Part shown: positions 1-9,163 of the stretch, one piece after another | Position numbering within the stretch: the stretch's first letter is position 1 | Layout: every line of letters starts with the position of its first letter | Source of the DNA: an uncultured Acidobacteriaceae bacterium | GTDB lineage: Bacteria; Acidobacteriota; Terriglobia; Terriglobales; Acidobacteriaceae | Assembly (NCBI GenBank): GCA_963701685.1 | Contig: OY969625.1 | Coordinates: 2,170,879 to 2,234,878 of the forward strand | Length of the DNA stretch: 64,000 nt | Direction of reading: 5' to 3' | Notes under the pieces: generated by a model | Told to the model about the DNA's origin: nothing | Database searches by the model: none | The model's input: only the letters and a program-made list of their open reading frames with translations | Made by a program: the position numbers and the translations under genes

Positions 1-90
1 GTGCTGGTGATTTTGGTGGCTTGTCTTATTCCGGTGGGGTATCTGATGAAGAAGCCGCGGTTCCGTCCGAAGCATATCGAGGTGGAGTGA
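1..90 (+). CDS. 3' end of an unidentified CDS entering from upstream (partial, hydrophobic tail)
   Basis: Frame 1 is open from base 1 to TGA at 88-90 (VLVILVACLIPVGYLMKKPRFRPKHIEVE*); too short to assign. Confidence 0.3.
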   Translation: MLVILVACLIPVGYLMKKPRFRPKHIEVE

Positions 91-106
91 GGGTTCGGGC
101 GGAAGA

Positions 107-778
107 CTAAGCGGGGCGGGTGCCGGCGAGGACGGCGAAGCGGTTGTCTTTGAACCAGCAGTCGGCGTCGGTGAACCCAGCTTCGCGCATCCATTGGAGC
201 TGGTCTTCGACGGAGGCGCAGCGGTCGTCCTGCTGGCGGTAGAGGGAGTCGGCGATTTGCTGGGGCGTGGCGCCGCCTTCGCGGACTTGTTGGAGCCAGA
301 GGGATTTGTAGACGGCGTCGAGTGCGGGGGTGGGGCCGGCGACCTGTTCGGCGTTGACGAAGGTGCCGCCGGGGCGGAGGGCTCGGAAGATCTTGGCGAA
401 GAGGGCCTTCTTGGCGTCGTGGTCGATGTGGTGGATGGAGAGGGCGGAGACTATCGAATCGTAGGTGCCGTTGATGGGCGCGGTGGTGTAGTCGGTGACT
501 TCGAAGGTGACGTTGTTGTCGTTGGCGAAGCGTTCGCGCGCCTTGGCGATCATGGGTTCGGATAGGTCGGCGAGGACGATGTGGGCGCTGGGATACCACT
601 GGCGGACGAACTGGGAGAGGAGGCCGGTGCCGGCGCCGAGGTCGAGGATGTTTTTCGCGTCGTGGGCGATGAGGTCGGTGGAGCGGCGGTAGAAGGCGTC
701 GAAGCAGGGGATGAGCTTGGCGCGGTCGGCGTCGTAGGTGGGGGCGGTGATGTCGAAGATGGTTTGGGTGGTGGACAT
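107..778 (-). CDS. class I SAM-dependent methyltransferase
   Basis: 223-aa ORF with ATG at 778; SAM motif I ILDLGAGTGLL, acidic loop VLADLS, post-I motif LRPGGTF. Confidence 0.85.
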   Translation of the reverse strand: MSTTQTIFDITAPTYDADRAKLIPCFDAFYRRSTDLIAHDAKNILDLGAGTGLLSQFVRQWYPSAHIVLADLSEPMIAKARERFANDNNVTFEVTDYTTAPINGTYDSIVSALSIHHIDHDAKKALFAKIFRALRPGGTFVNAEQVAGPTPALDAVYKSLWLQQVREGGATPQQIADSLYRQQDDRCASVEDQLQWMREAGFTDADCWFKDNRFAVLAGTRPA

Positions 779-820
779 GGCGGACCCTCTGGGTATGAGG
801 ATACAGCGGTGTGGGGTTTC

Positions 821-855
821 GTTGTGAGTTCTCGGTTGTCAGTTCTCAGTTGCTG
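821..855 (+). repeat. heptamer tandem array (GTTSTCM)x5, family B
   Basis: gttgtga gttctcg gttgtca gttctca gttgctg; the TGA stop (846-848) of the lyase gene lies inside the array. Confidence 0.9.
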
Positions 856-1937
856 GCGGGGCTGGCGGCGAGGATGGTGGTGTTTCCTCCGATGCGGGTG
901 TCGGTGGTGGGTTGTTGGAGGGCGGTGAGGATCGCGGGCGGGAGGCCTTCGGAGCCGAAGCGTGCGGTGTAGAAGTTGAAGGCGGCGAAGTCGTTGGCGT
1001 GGAAGTCAATTTTCTGGGTGTCGGAGGTGTAGGGCTTGACGAGAGAGGGGTCGGCGACGGCGCGGCCGTAGAAGAGGATGGCGTCGCGGAGGGTGCGGTG
1101 GTGGGACTGGTAGGCGTAGAGGTCGATGTTCTGGCGGGAGGCGAACTCGGCGATGAGGATAAGGGGTTCGAGTGCGAAGCCCTGGTAGTGGATGGCGTTT
1201 TCGTGACGCGCCATCTCGCGGGGGAAGGCGCCGGCGGGATCGATTTCCTTGATGGCGTCTTTGTAGGCGGTAATGCCGTAGTGGAAGAGCTTGTCGTCGG
1301 AGGCTACGACGCCGGTGGCGGTTGCTGCGAGGGCGCGCCAGTAGTGGTGGTTGTTCATGTCTTCGGGGCGCTCGAAGGTGAGGTCTTTGCGGGAGACTGC
1401 GTCGAGCCAGGTGATGACGCGGTGTAGTGCTGCGGGGTCGAGGGTTGGGTCGTTGACGAGGACGGAGGTGGTGATGGCGGCGGAGCCGAGGGTCCATTCG
1501 ACTTGATACCAGGATTGAGAGCGGGGCGGGTAGTCGAGGAGCGCGTGGGCCTGGGCCCAGGTGTCTAGTTGGGTTAGAGCGCAGGCGGATTCGGCATGAT
1601 TGTTGGTGGCCACGTATTGGTTCATTCCGGCCGTGATGCGGTGCTCGAAGGCTGTGTAGGGACGTGTGGCGATGGCTTCGGCGGGGTTGATGGGGCCGCT
1701 GGAGCCAGACATGTAGTGGTGCGGGATGTCCATGGGTGTTGGCGGCGCGGGGATTGCGGGCGTTGCAACGCAGGAGGGTAAGGACTCGATGGCCGCGAGA
1801 AGGAGAGGGTTGGTGGTGGTCGCGAGGGTGTGTTGGCGGGCGGGGACGTCGAGGAAGGCGGCGCCGGGGTTGAGGTGTTGGGAGTGCGTGAAGGGTGAGC
1901 AGGTGAGCGCGAGGAGCACTGCGAGGAGAAGGCGCAT
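846..1937 (-). CDS. secreted alginate lyase family protein (PL5/AlgL-like)
   Basis: N-terminal signal peptide MRLLLAVLLALTCSPFTHSQ; NNHHYW matches the AlgL NNHSYW catalytic motif. Confidence 0.75.
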   Translation of the reverse strand: MRLLLAVLLALTCSPFTHSQHLNPGAAFLDVPARQHTLATTTNPLLLAAIESLPSCVATPAIPAPPTPMDIPHHYMSGSSGPINPAEAIATRPYTAFEHRITAGMNQYVATNNHAESACALTQLDTWAQAHALLDYPPRSQSWYQVEWTLGSAAITTSVLVNDPTLDPAALHRVITWLDAVSRKDLTFERPEDMNNHHYWRALAATATGVVASDDKLFHYGITAYKDAIKEIDPAGAFPREMARHENAIHYQGFALEPLILIAEFASRQNIDLYAYQSHHRTLRDAILFYGRAVADPSLVKPYTSDTQKIDFHANDFAAFNFYTARFGSEGLPPAILTALQQPTTDTRIGGNTTILAASPASN

Positions 1938-1998
1938 GAAGGGAGTTTAGCGGAGGCGGTGATGGTGCGTCACTCGCGCTCCGGAGCTGCGCGTTCGA

Positions 1999-2934
1999 CT
2001 ACTTTTTCTTGAGGGCTTCGAGTTCGTCGAGGGTACGGGGCCAGTCGGAGCCGAGGAGGCGGGAGAGGCTGCGGTCGGCGAGGACTTTGCCGTTGGTCTG
2101 GCAGGTGGGGCAGTAGTTAGTTTCGTTGTCGGCGTAGCGGATTCGCTGGATGGGCGAGCTGCAACGGGGGCAGGGCTGGAGGTAGCGGCCGTGCGCGGCC
2201 ATGTCGGGGCGGAAGGCGGTGACCTTTTCGGGGAAGGATTTTTCAGCTTCGGTGTTGAAGCGGGCTACCCAGCTGTTGAGCGTGTCACGCGTGGCGGTGT
2301 AGAGGCGCTGGAATTCTTCGGGGGTTAGCTTGCGGGTTTGGGCGAGGGGAGAGAGCTGGGCGGCGTGGAGGATCTCGTCGGAGTAGGCGTTACCGATGCC
2401 GGAGAGGATGCGGGGATCGGTGAGGGCGCGCTTGAGGGTGCGGTTTTCGGTGGTGAGGGTTTGTTGGAAGGCTTCGGGGGTTAGGGCGAGGGGGTCGATG
2501 CCACCGGGGTCGAGATCGGCTAGCGCGGCTTCGCCTCGGACGAGGTGGAGCGAGGCGCGGCGCTTGGTGCCGGCTTCGGTCAGGGTGAGGGTGCCGTTGG
2601 GGAAGTCGAAGGCGGCGAGGTTGTTGCGGCCGTTGAGCGAGGGGCGGGGTTTCTTCGGGTCTAAGTCGCGCCAGTGGAGGCGGCCGGCGATCATCAGGTG
2701 CAGGACTAAAAACCAGGGATCAGGGCCCAGGGTCGAGGGTTCAGAGAACTCGAAGACGATGCGTTTGCCGATGCGGCGGAGGGCGCGGATGCGTTGGCCT
2801 TCGATGGAGTTGATGGGTGGGACGGCGGTGCGGAGGAGAAGTGGCGAGGCGATGCGGAGGTGTTCGAGGGGCTGGTTGAGGACGCGCGGGGTGAGGGCGG
2901 TCAGGTAGGCGGTGATGTCGGGGAGCTCGGGCAT
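1999..2934 (-). CDS. Fpg/Nei family DNA glycosylase / AP lyase
   Basis: Start set at MPELPDI (ATG at 2934), the catalytic Pro2/Glu3 N-terminus. C-terminal C4 zinc finger CPRCSSPIQRIRYADNETNYCPTCQ. The 127-aa upstream extension in the ORF track is Pro/Ser/Thr-rich and was discarded. Confidence 0.85.
   Translation of the reverse strand: MPELPDITAYLTALTPRVLNQPLEHLRIASPLLLRTAVPPINSIEGQRIRALRRIGKRIVFEFSEPSTLGPDPWFLVLHLMIAGRLHWRDLDPKKPRPSLNGRNNLAAFDFPNGTLTLTEAGTKRRASLHLVRGEAALADLDPGGIDPLALTPEAFQQTLTTENRTLKRALTDPRILSGIGNAYSDEILHAAQLSPLAQTRKLTPEEFQRLYTATRDTLNSWVARFNTEAEKSFPEKVTAFRPDMAAHGRYLQPCPRCSSPIQRIRYADNETNYCPTCQTNGKVLADRSLSRLLGSDWPRTLDELEALKKK
2714..2748 (+). repeat. G-rich heptamer array (CAGGGNN)x5, family A, in-frame inside fpg/nei
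   Basis: cagggat cagggcc cagggtc gagggtt cagagaa; read on the minus strand it encodes SEPSTLGPDPW in the glycosylase. Confidence 0.85.
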
Positions 2935-3004
2935 CAGCGATATCGTACATCCCACGCTTGCGCAAGTGTGCGCATGAATCGGGTGCGTGGTTCTTTCTGG
3001 GGAG

Positions 3005-3508
3005 TCAGTCTGCGAGGTGGAGCAGCATCTCGAATTCGAGGATGGTGGGATCGTTGGGGTAGGGTTCGGTGTGGCCGGATTTAAGGAAGCCGTAGCGCTC
3101 GTAAAAGGCAACGGCTGGGGCGTTGTTGCTGACGACCATGAGCTTGAGGGTTTGGATGTGGCGCGCGATTGCCCAGGTGCGGACGGCGTCGATGAGTGCG
3201 GCGCTGAGGCCGGTGCCACGGTGGGAAGGCGCGACCCACATGGAAATAATTTCTGCGCGGGTTGGATTGTGATCGTCGCGGAAGCACGCAACGAGGCCGC
3301 AGGCGCTGCTCGCATCCATGGCGAGGAAGCCGATTTTGTGAACGCCGTCGAGATTTGCAGAACGCTGGAGCCAATCGGCCTCGGTGAGCAGGGCTTCGCG
3401 GGCGTAGGTGCTGCCGAAGGCGGAGGGAGTGTCCTGGAGCGCGCGCAGGCGAACGTCGCGGTAGCTGGCGGCGAGGTCCGGCGTGATGGGAACGAGGTAC
3501 GGCGGCAT
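3005..3508 (-). CDS. GNAT family N-acetyltransferase
   Basis: Start at MPPYLVP (ATG at 3508); acetyl-CoA motif A WVAPSHRGTGLSAALIDAV; C-terminal AFYERYGF. Confidence 0.8.
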   Translation of the reverse strand: MPPYLVPITPDLAASYRDVRLRALQDTPSAFGSTYAREALLTEADWLQRSANLDGVHKIGFLAMDASSACGLVACFRDDHNPTRAEIISMWVAPSHRGTGLSAALIDAVRTWAIARHIQTLKLMVVSNNAPAVAFYERYGFLKSGHTEPYPNDPTILEFEMLLHLAD

Positions 3509-3531
3509 TCGGTGGGGTGAATTGCGGAAGA

Positions 3532-5109
3532 TTAGTTGAAGCCGCGGCGGGTGCGGTTGCGGGCGATGTCGTCGAGGTCGCGCTCCTGGAGGCGCTCGCG
3601 GGCACGCTCGCCTAGGTTGGCCGCGTCTTCGTTGCGGCGGCGCTTTTCGCCGGCTGTGAATGTACGGGCTTCGGAGCGGGAGATCTTCTTGTGGGCGGTC
3701 ATGCCTTCCAGGAGAAACTCGGCTGCGGAGACGGCGACTTCTACAGGGGTGCGCGCGTTGATCTTGAGGGGCGTGAGTTTTTCGAAGAGGCCCTGGATGG
3801 TGTGGAGCTCGGTGAAGACGGACTGCGCGGGCTGCTTGTCGTTGAGCTCGACGGCGCCGCCGAGGTTGAACCACTGCTCGATCTGCTGGGTGTTGGTGTC
3901 GGCGAAGTAGCTGTCGTAGATGTTGGCGACGGACTGGCGGATGAGTTCGCGGATGACGAGGTCTGCACCCTTCATCTCACCTTCGTACTCTAGCTCGATC
4001 TTGCCGGTGATGCCGGGGAGCGCGGCGAAGATGTCGCCGACGCGGGGTACGACGAGGCTTTCGCCGTGGATCAGTGCACGGCGTTCGGCGTTGGAGACGA
4101 CCAGCTCCATGGTGGAGATGGGGAGGCGCTGCGAGACGCCCGAGCGCTTGTCGACCTTCTTGTCTTCGCGGGCGATGAAGGCTACCTGCTCGACGATCTG
4201 GCGGATGTAGTGCGGGATGATGATGTTCTGGATGGCCTTGTTGTTGGCGTCGTAGGAGCGCGCGGTCCAGGCTTCCTGCTCGGTGATGCTGATGGCTTCG
4301 TCGATGGACTCGGGGTAGTGCGTGCGGATTTCGCTGCCAATGCGGTCCTTAAGGGGCGTAACGATTTTGCCGCGGGCCGTGTAGTCCTCGGGGTTGGCGG
4401 AGAAGACGATGGCTACGTCGAGCTCGAGACGGATGGGGTAGCCCTTAATCTGGACATCGCCTTCCTGCATGATGTTGAAGAGGGCTACCTGGATTTTGCC
4501 GGCGAGGTCGGGGACTTCGTTGATGGCGAAGATGCCGCGGTTGGCGCGGGGGAGCAGGCCGTAGTGCATGGTGAGTTCGGAGCCGAGCTCGTGGCCGGAG
4601 CGTGCGGCCTTGATCGGGTCGACGTCGCCGATGAGGTCGGCTACCGTGACGTCGGGGGTGGCGAGTTTCTCGACGTAGCGCTCGCGCGGTGTCATCCAGG
4701 CGATGGGCGTGTCGTCGCCTTGTGAGGCGATGAGGTCGCGCGAGAATTTGCTGAGGGGGGCGTAGGGATTATCGCGGAGTTCGCTGCCGGCGACGTAGGG
4801 GGAGTGAGGGTCGAGGAGGGTGGTGAGCGAGCGGAGGATGCGCGACTTGGCCTGGCCGCGGAGGCCGAGCAGGATGAAGTTGTGGCGCGATAGGACGGCG
4901 TTGACGATCTGCGGGACGACCGTGTCGTCGAAACCGATGATGCCAGGGAAGAGGGATTCGCCTTCGCGCTTGCCGCCGGGCGCGATCTCTCGGAGGCGCA
5001 CGATGAGGTTATCGCGGAGCTCGTCCTTAACGCTGCGGGCGACGCGTTCGGGGGTGAATTCGGAGGAGCGGAGCTGACCTAGTGTGCGCGGGAGTTGAGT
5101 CTGCGGCAT
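3532..5109 (-). CDS. ChlI/BchI-like AAA+ ATPase (Mg-chelatase subunit I family, non-photosynthetic context)
   Basis: 525 aa; deviant P-loop LLGLRGQAKS, Walker B-like GIFAINEVPDL, sensor region DRIGSEIRTHYP; basic C-terminal tail. Confidence 0.65.
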   Translation of the reverse strand: MPQTQLPRTLGQLRSSEFTPERVARSVKDELRDNLIVRLREIAPGGKREGESLFPGIIGFDDTVVPQIVNAVLSRHNFILLGLRGQAKSRILRSLTTLLDPHSPYVAGSELRDNPYAPLSKFSRDLIASQGDDTPIAWMTPRERYVEKLATPDVTVADLIGDVDPIKAARSGHELGSELTMHYGLLPRANRGIFAINEVPDLAGKIQVALFNIMQEGDVQIKGYPIRLELDVAIVFSANPEDYTARGKIVTPLKDRIGSEIRTHYPESIDEAISITEQEAWTARSYDANNKAIQNIIIPHYIRQIVEQVAFIAREDKKVDKRSGVSQRLPISTMELVVSNAERRALIHGESLVVPRVGDIFAALPGITGKIELEYEGEMKGADLVIRELIRQSVANIYDSYFADTNTQQIEQWFNLGGAVELNDKQPAQSVFTELHTIQGLFEKLTPLKINARTPVEVAVSAAEFLLEGMTAHKKISRSEARTFTAGEKRRRNEDAANLGERARERLQERDLDDIARNRTRRGFN

Positions 5110-5255
5110 CGTTTAAGTATAGATGTTTCGCTGGGACGGAGGATTCGGGGGGCCAGGAGAAGGAATTCGGAGGAACGGATTTCGGCGGGGTGGAAGATGG
5201 CGTCTAAAAAATTGACTACACATGGGTAGACGTATCCGTGAAGGAGAGCGTGGTT

Positions 5256-6341
5256 ATGACGGCGATGTATTACCACCATCGATGGTTTTTTGTTGTGTTT
5301 CTGTTCAGCGCGGCGCTGGTGCTGGCCAACCTGGTGCATTACCTGATCTTTCGGTTGCTGAGGCGGGATGCGGCGGCGGGCAAGGTTCGGGGGTGGGGTC
5401 TGCAACGGCATTTGGGGAAGCCGGCTCGCGCAATTTTCTTGCTGACCTGCGTCCTGATTGCACTGCCGTTTGTGCCGAATCTGCCTGGGAAGCTTCATCA
5501 CACGATCGCACATAGCATCTTCATGGTGGTGGTGCTGGCGATTGGGTGGTTCTGCGTTGGGCTGGTGTATGTGGTGCAGGACATTCTGCTGCAGAAATAT
5601 GACCTGACGGTCGCTGACAATATGCGGGCGCGGAAGTTTCACACGCAGTTCCAGGTGTTTCGGCGGATTGCGATTGCATTTGTGATGGTGCTGACGGCGG
5701 GAGCGCTGCTGTGGACGTTTGACGATCCGCGCATATGGGACTACGGGAGCGGGTTGCTGGCGTCTGCTGGAATTGCTTCGTTGATCTTGGCGACGGCGGC
5801 GAAGTCTACCGCTTCGAATTTTCTGGCGGGGTTGCAAATTGCGATCACCGAGCCGATTCGCATTGACGATGTGGTGGTGGTGCAGGGGGAATGGGGACGG
5901 ATTGAGGAGATCACGTCGGCGTACGTGGTGATAAAGATCTGGGACTTGCGGCGGCTGATTGTGCCGCTGAGCTGGTTTATCGAAAATGCGTTTGCGAATT
6001 GGACGCGGGAGAGCGCGGCGATTCTGACGTACTCGTATCTTTATCTGGATTACGTGGTGCCGGTGAAGGAGCTGCGGGCGCAGCTGGAGGTGGTGGTGAA
6101 GGCGTCGGGTATGTGGGACGGCGCGGCGCTGGGATGCCAGGTGACGAACCTGACGCCGCAGTCGATGGAGGTGCGGTGTTTGATGAGCGCGAAGGATTCG
6201 GGGACCGCGTTTAATCTGCAGTGTTTGGTGCGGGAAGAGATGATGGAGTGGGTGAAGGAGACGTATCCGGAGGCGTTTCCCAATATGCGGTATCGGGCGG
6301 TGGGAGAGACGGCGAAGCAAGAGGTTGGGCGGCGAGGCTGA
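5256..6341 (+). CDS. mechanosensitive ion channel family protein (MscS-like)
   Basis: TM helices followed by the MscS beta-domain signature NFLAGLQIAITEPIRIDDVVVVQGEWGRIEEITSAYVVIKIWD. ATG at 5256 has AAGGAG 9 nt upstream; the track start at 5238 is a GTG. Confidence 0.85.
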   Translation: MTAMYYHHRWFFVVFLFSAALVLANLVHYLIFRLLRRDAAAGKVRGWGLQRHLGKPARAIFLLTCVLIALPFVPNLPGKLHHTIAHSIFMVVVLAIGWFCVGLVYVVQDILLQKYDLTVADNMRARKFHTQFQVFRRIAIAFVMVLTAGALLWTFDDPRIWDYGSGLLASAGIASLILATAAKSTASNFLAGLQIAITEPIRIDDVVVVQGEWGRIEEITSAYVVIKIWDLRRLIVPLSWFIENAFANWTRESAAILTYSYLYLDYVVPVKELRAQLEVVVKASGMWDGAALGCQVTNLTPQSMEVRCLMSAKDSGTAFNLQCLVREEMMEWVKETYPEAFPNMRYRAVGETAKQEVGRRG

Positions 6342-6441
6342 GCGTTACGAAAATTTTGCATGGAGCGGGCACAGCTCTGGCTTGATGCGGGTATAGAGTG
6401 GTCGGTACACGCGCTCGGTACAGGCGACATGGAGGCTATAG

Positions 6442-6906
6442 ATGCGCTGGACGATTTTCTCGATGGTGATGGGCTGTTGTTTGATGACGGCGGCGGCCTC
6501 TGCGCAGACACAGCGGAAGCCTGGGTTGTGGGAGCTGACTACCGTGACGGTGATGGAGGGAATGCCTCCGGGTGGTGCGAGCGGGACTCCGCATGTGGCG
6601 GCGGTTTGCTTTGCCCAGGAGATGATCGACAAGTATGGTGCGATTGTGCCGACGATGCCTGGATGCAAGGTATCGAATGTCTCGGTGAAGCCGGGACACA
6701 TGACTGGTTCGATGGTATGCAGTGGCCGCATGGCGGGGACTGCTGAGCTGGAGTCTTCGTGGAGCGATCCGGAACATGCGACGGGGAGTATTCACTTTAC
6801 GGGGACGGTGGGAGACAGACCGATGAATTGGACGAGCCGGACGACGGCAGTTTTCAAGAGCTCGGATTGCGGAGCGGTGAAGCCGATGCCTCTGCCGCCG
6901 CAATAA
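6442..6906 (+). CDS. secreted DUF3617-like protein
   Basis: Signal peptide MRWTIFSMVMGCCLMTAAASAQ followed by the KPGLWE motif typical of DUF3617. Confidence 0.55.
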   Translation: MRWTIFSMVMGCCLMTAAASAQTQRKPGLWELTTVTVMEGMPPGGASGTPHVAAVCFAQEMIDKYGAIVPTMPGCKVSNVSVKPGHMTGSMVCSGRMAGTAELESSWSDPEHATGSIHFTGTVGDRPMNWTSRTTAVFKSSDCGAVKPMPLPPQ

Positions 6907-6982
6907 GGCGAAGGTGTTGGAGCAAAGCGAAGGGCGTGGCTTTTGGCCACGCCCTTGTTGCTGCATTTCCACCCTGAGGAAA

Positions 6983-8232
<1,250 letters not shown>

Positions 8233-8432
8233 GAGTACCTGAGTAGTTTCCATAAATTTTTGCGGGATGGGATTGTTGCGAGGGGGGTGTTGCGGAATCA
8301 CGCTGGAACGGGGGTGCCGTGGAGCGGAAGTGCAGCGAAGAATCGAGCGGGGGGACCTACAAGAATGGGAGTGATGTTGCCTGTTGCGGAGTGAGATGCT
8401 GGATTTCGGTACAGCGTAGCAGAACGGGATGA

Positions 8433-8470
8433 GGAAAACTGCCGTCACGAGACCGAAGCCGCGTGACGGC
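8433..8470 (-). terminator. intrinsic terminator / attenuator hairpin between the small gene and rho
   Basis: Perfect 9-bp stem GCCGTCACG/CGTGACGGC (8441-8449 with 8462-8470), 12-nt loop, followed on the minus strand by AGTTTTCC. Confidence 0.5.
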
Positions 8471-8475
8471 GAAAA

Positions 8476-8694
8476 CTATGCGGCGCGACGCTCGGCGGGA
8501 GGAAGGGTGTCGACGGTCTCGGAGTTCAGATCCATGGGGACTGTGTCCTTGAAGCGATCGAGGACCTCGTTGGTGGTGTCCTGCAGGCGGGTATTGGGCT
8601 TGTGCAACTTGCGCGTGGCTTTCGATGCAAGTTGACAGAGCTTATAGCGGTTATTCACGTGCGTAAGAGCACCAAAGATCAAATCTGAACGCAT
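8476..8694 (-). CDS. 72-aa protein, possible RNA polymerase omega (RpoZ-like)
   Basis: ATG at 8694 with AGGAGA 8 nt upstream. VNNRYKLCQLASKATRKL resembles the RpoZ core NRF-x-L-x(4)-A-x-R-A-R-x-L. The call is tentative. Confidence 0.45.
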   Translation of the reverse strand: MRSDLIFGALTHVNNRYKLCQLASKATRKLHKPNTRLQDTTNEVLDRFKDTVPMDLNSETVDTLPPAERRAA

Positions 8695-9056
8695 GGAAAG
8701 AGTCTCCTGGGGGTATGCGAAGCTCCGGGCGTACCGTTGCGCCGGTGATCGGATGCTTCGTGGCTTGCTGGGGCGGGGACGCGGAAGCAAACCGGGGTTA
8801 CGGATTAGACGCACGAACGAGGACAAACGGCGCATCTAGTTTGGGGCAGGGGACAGCCTGCTGGAAGTTACAGCCGCACAAAGACTTAGCGGGTGCTCCG
8901 CGTCTCGAAAGACCACGGAAATCCCTCTCGTAAGACCAGAGGACACCCCATTTGGAGAATGCGCGGATTGACGTTGGTTGAGCCGTGGATCGAGGAGGGG
9001 TTTCCAGCGTTGTTGCTCTCGAACCGGAACAGCAGGCCCTGTTTCCTACATCTTGA

Positions 9057-9085
9057 ACGATAACGCCCGCGCGGTAATGGGTCAA
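9057..9085 (-). promoter_or_regulatory. sigma70-like promoter for the rpoZ-like/rho unit
   Basis: Minus strand reads TTGACC (9085-9080), 17-nt spacer, TATCGT (9062-9057), with an A-tract just upstream. It implies a leader of about 350 nt. Confidence 0.4.
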
Positions 9086-9163
9086 TCCTTTTTTTGGGAC
9101 CCGGGTCGAAAATGTTACCGAAAATGGGATTGTGTTCGATTTTGGGAATTTTCGGTCGTTTTT

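Noticed and set aside
1999-3315. Long N-terminal extensions offered by the ORF track
   Set aside because: Affected ORFs are 1999..3315, 3005..3874, 9164..10906, 20469..21773, 21331..22053, 26120..27280, 33036..34307, 34982..35443, 35510..36259, 14845..16089 and 12718..13659. The extensions are Pro/Arg/Ser-rich, overlap neighbouring genes, and precede internal ATGs that match conserved protein N-termini ([30 protein letters not shown] and others). Several of these ATGs have a Shine-Dalgarno sequence.
5079-6320. 413-aa minus-strand ORF
   Set aside because: Antisense to the MscS channel gene; Arg/His/Pro/Gln-rich with no hydrophobic core; shadow ORF.
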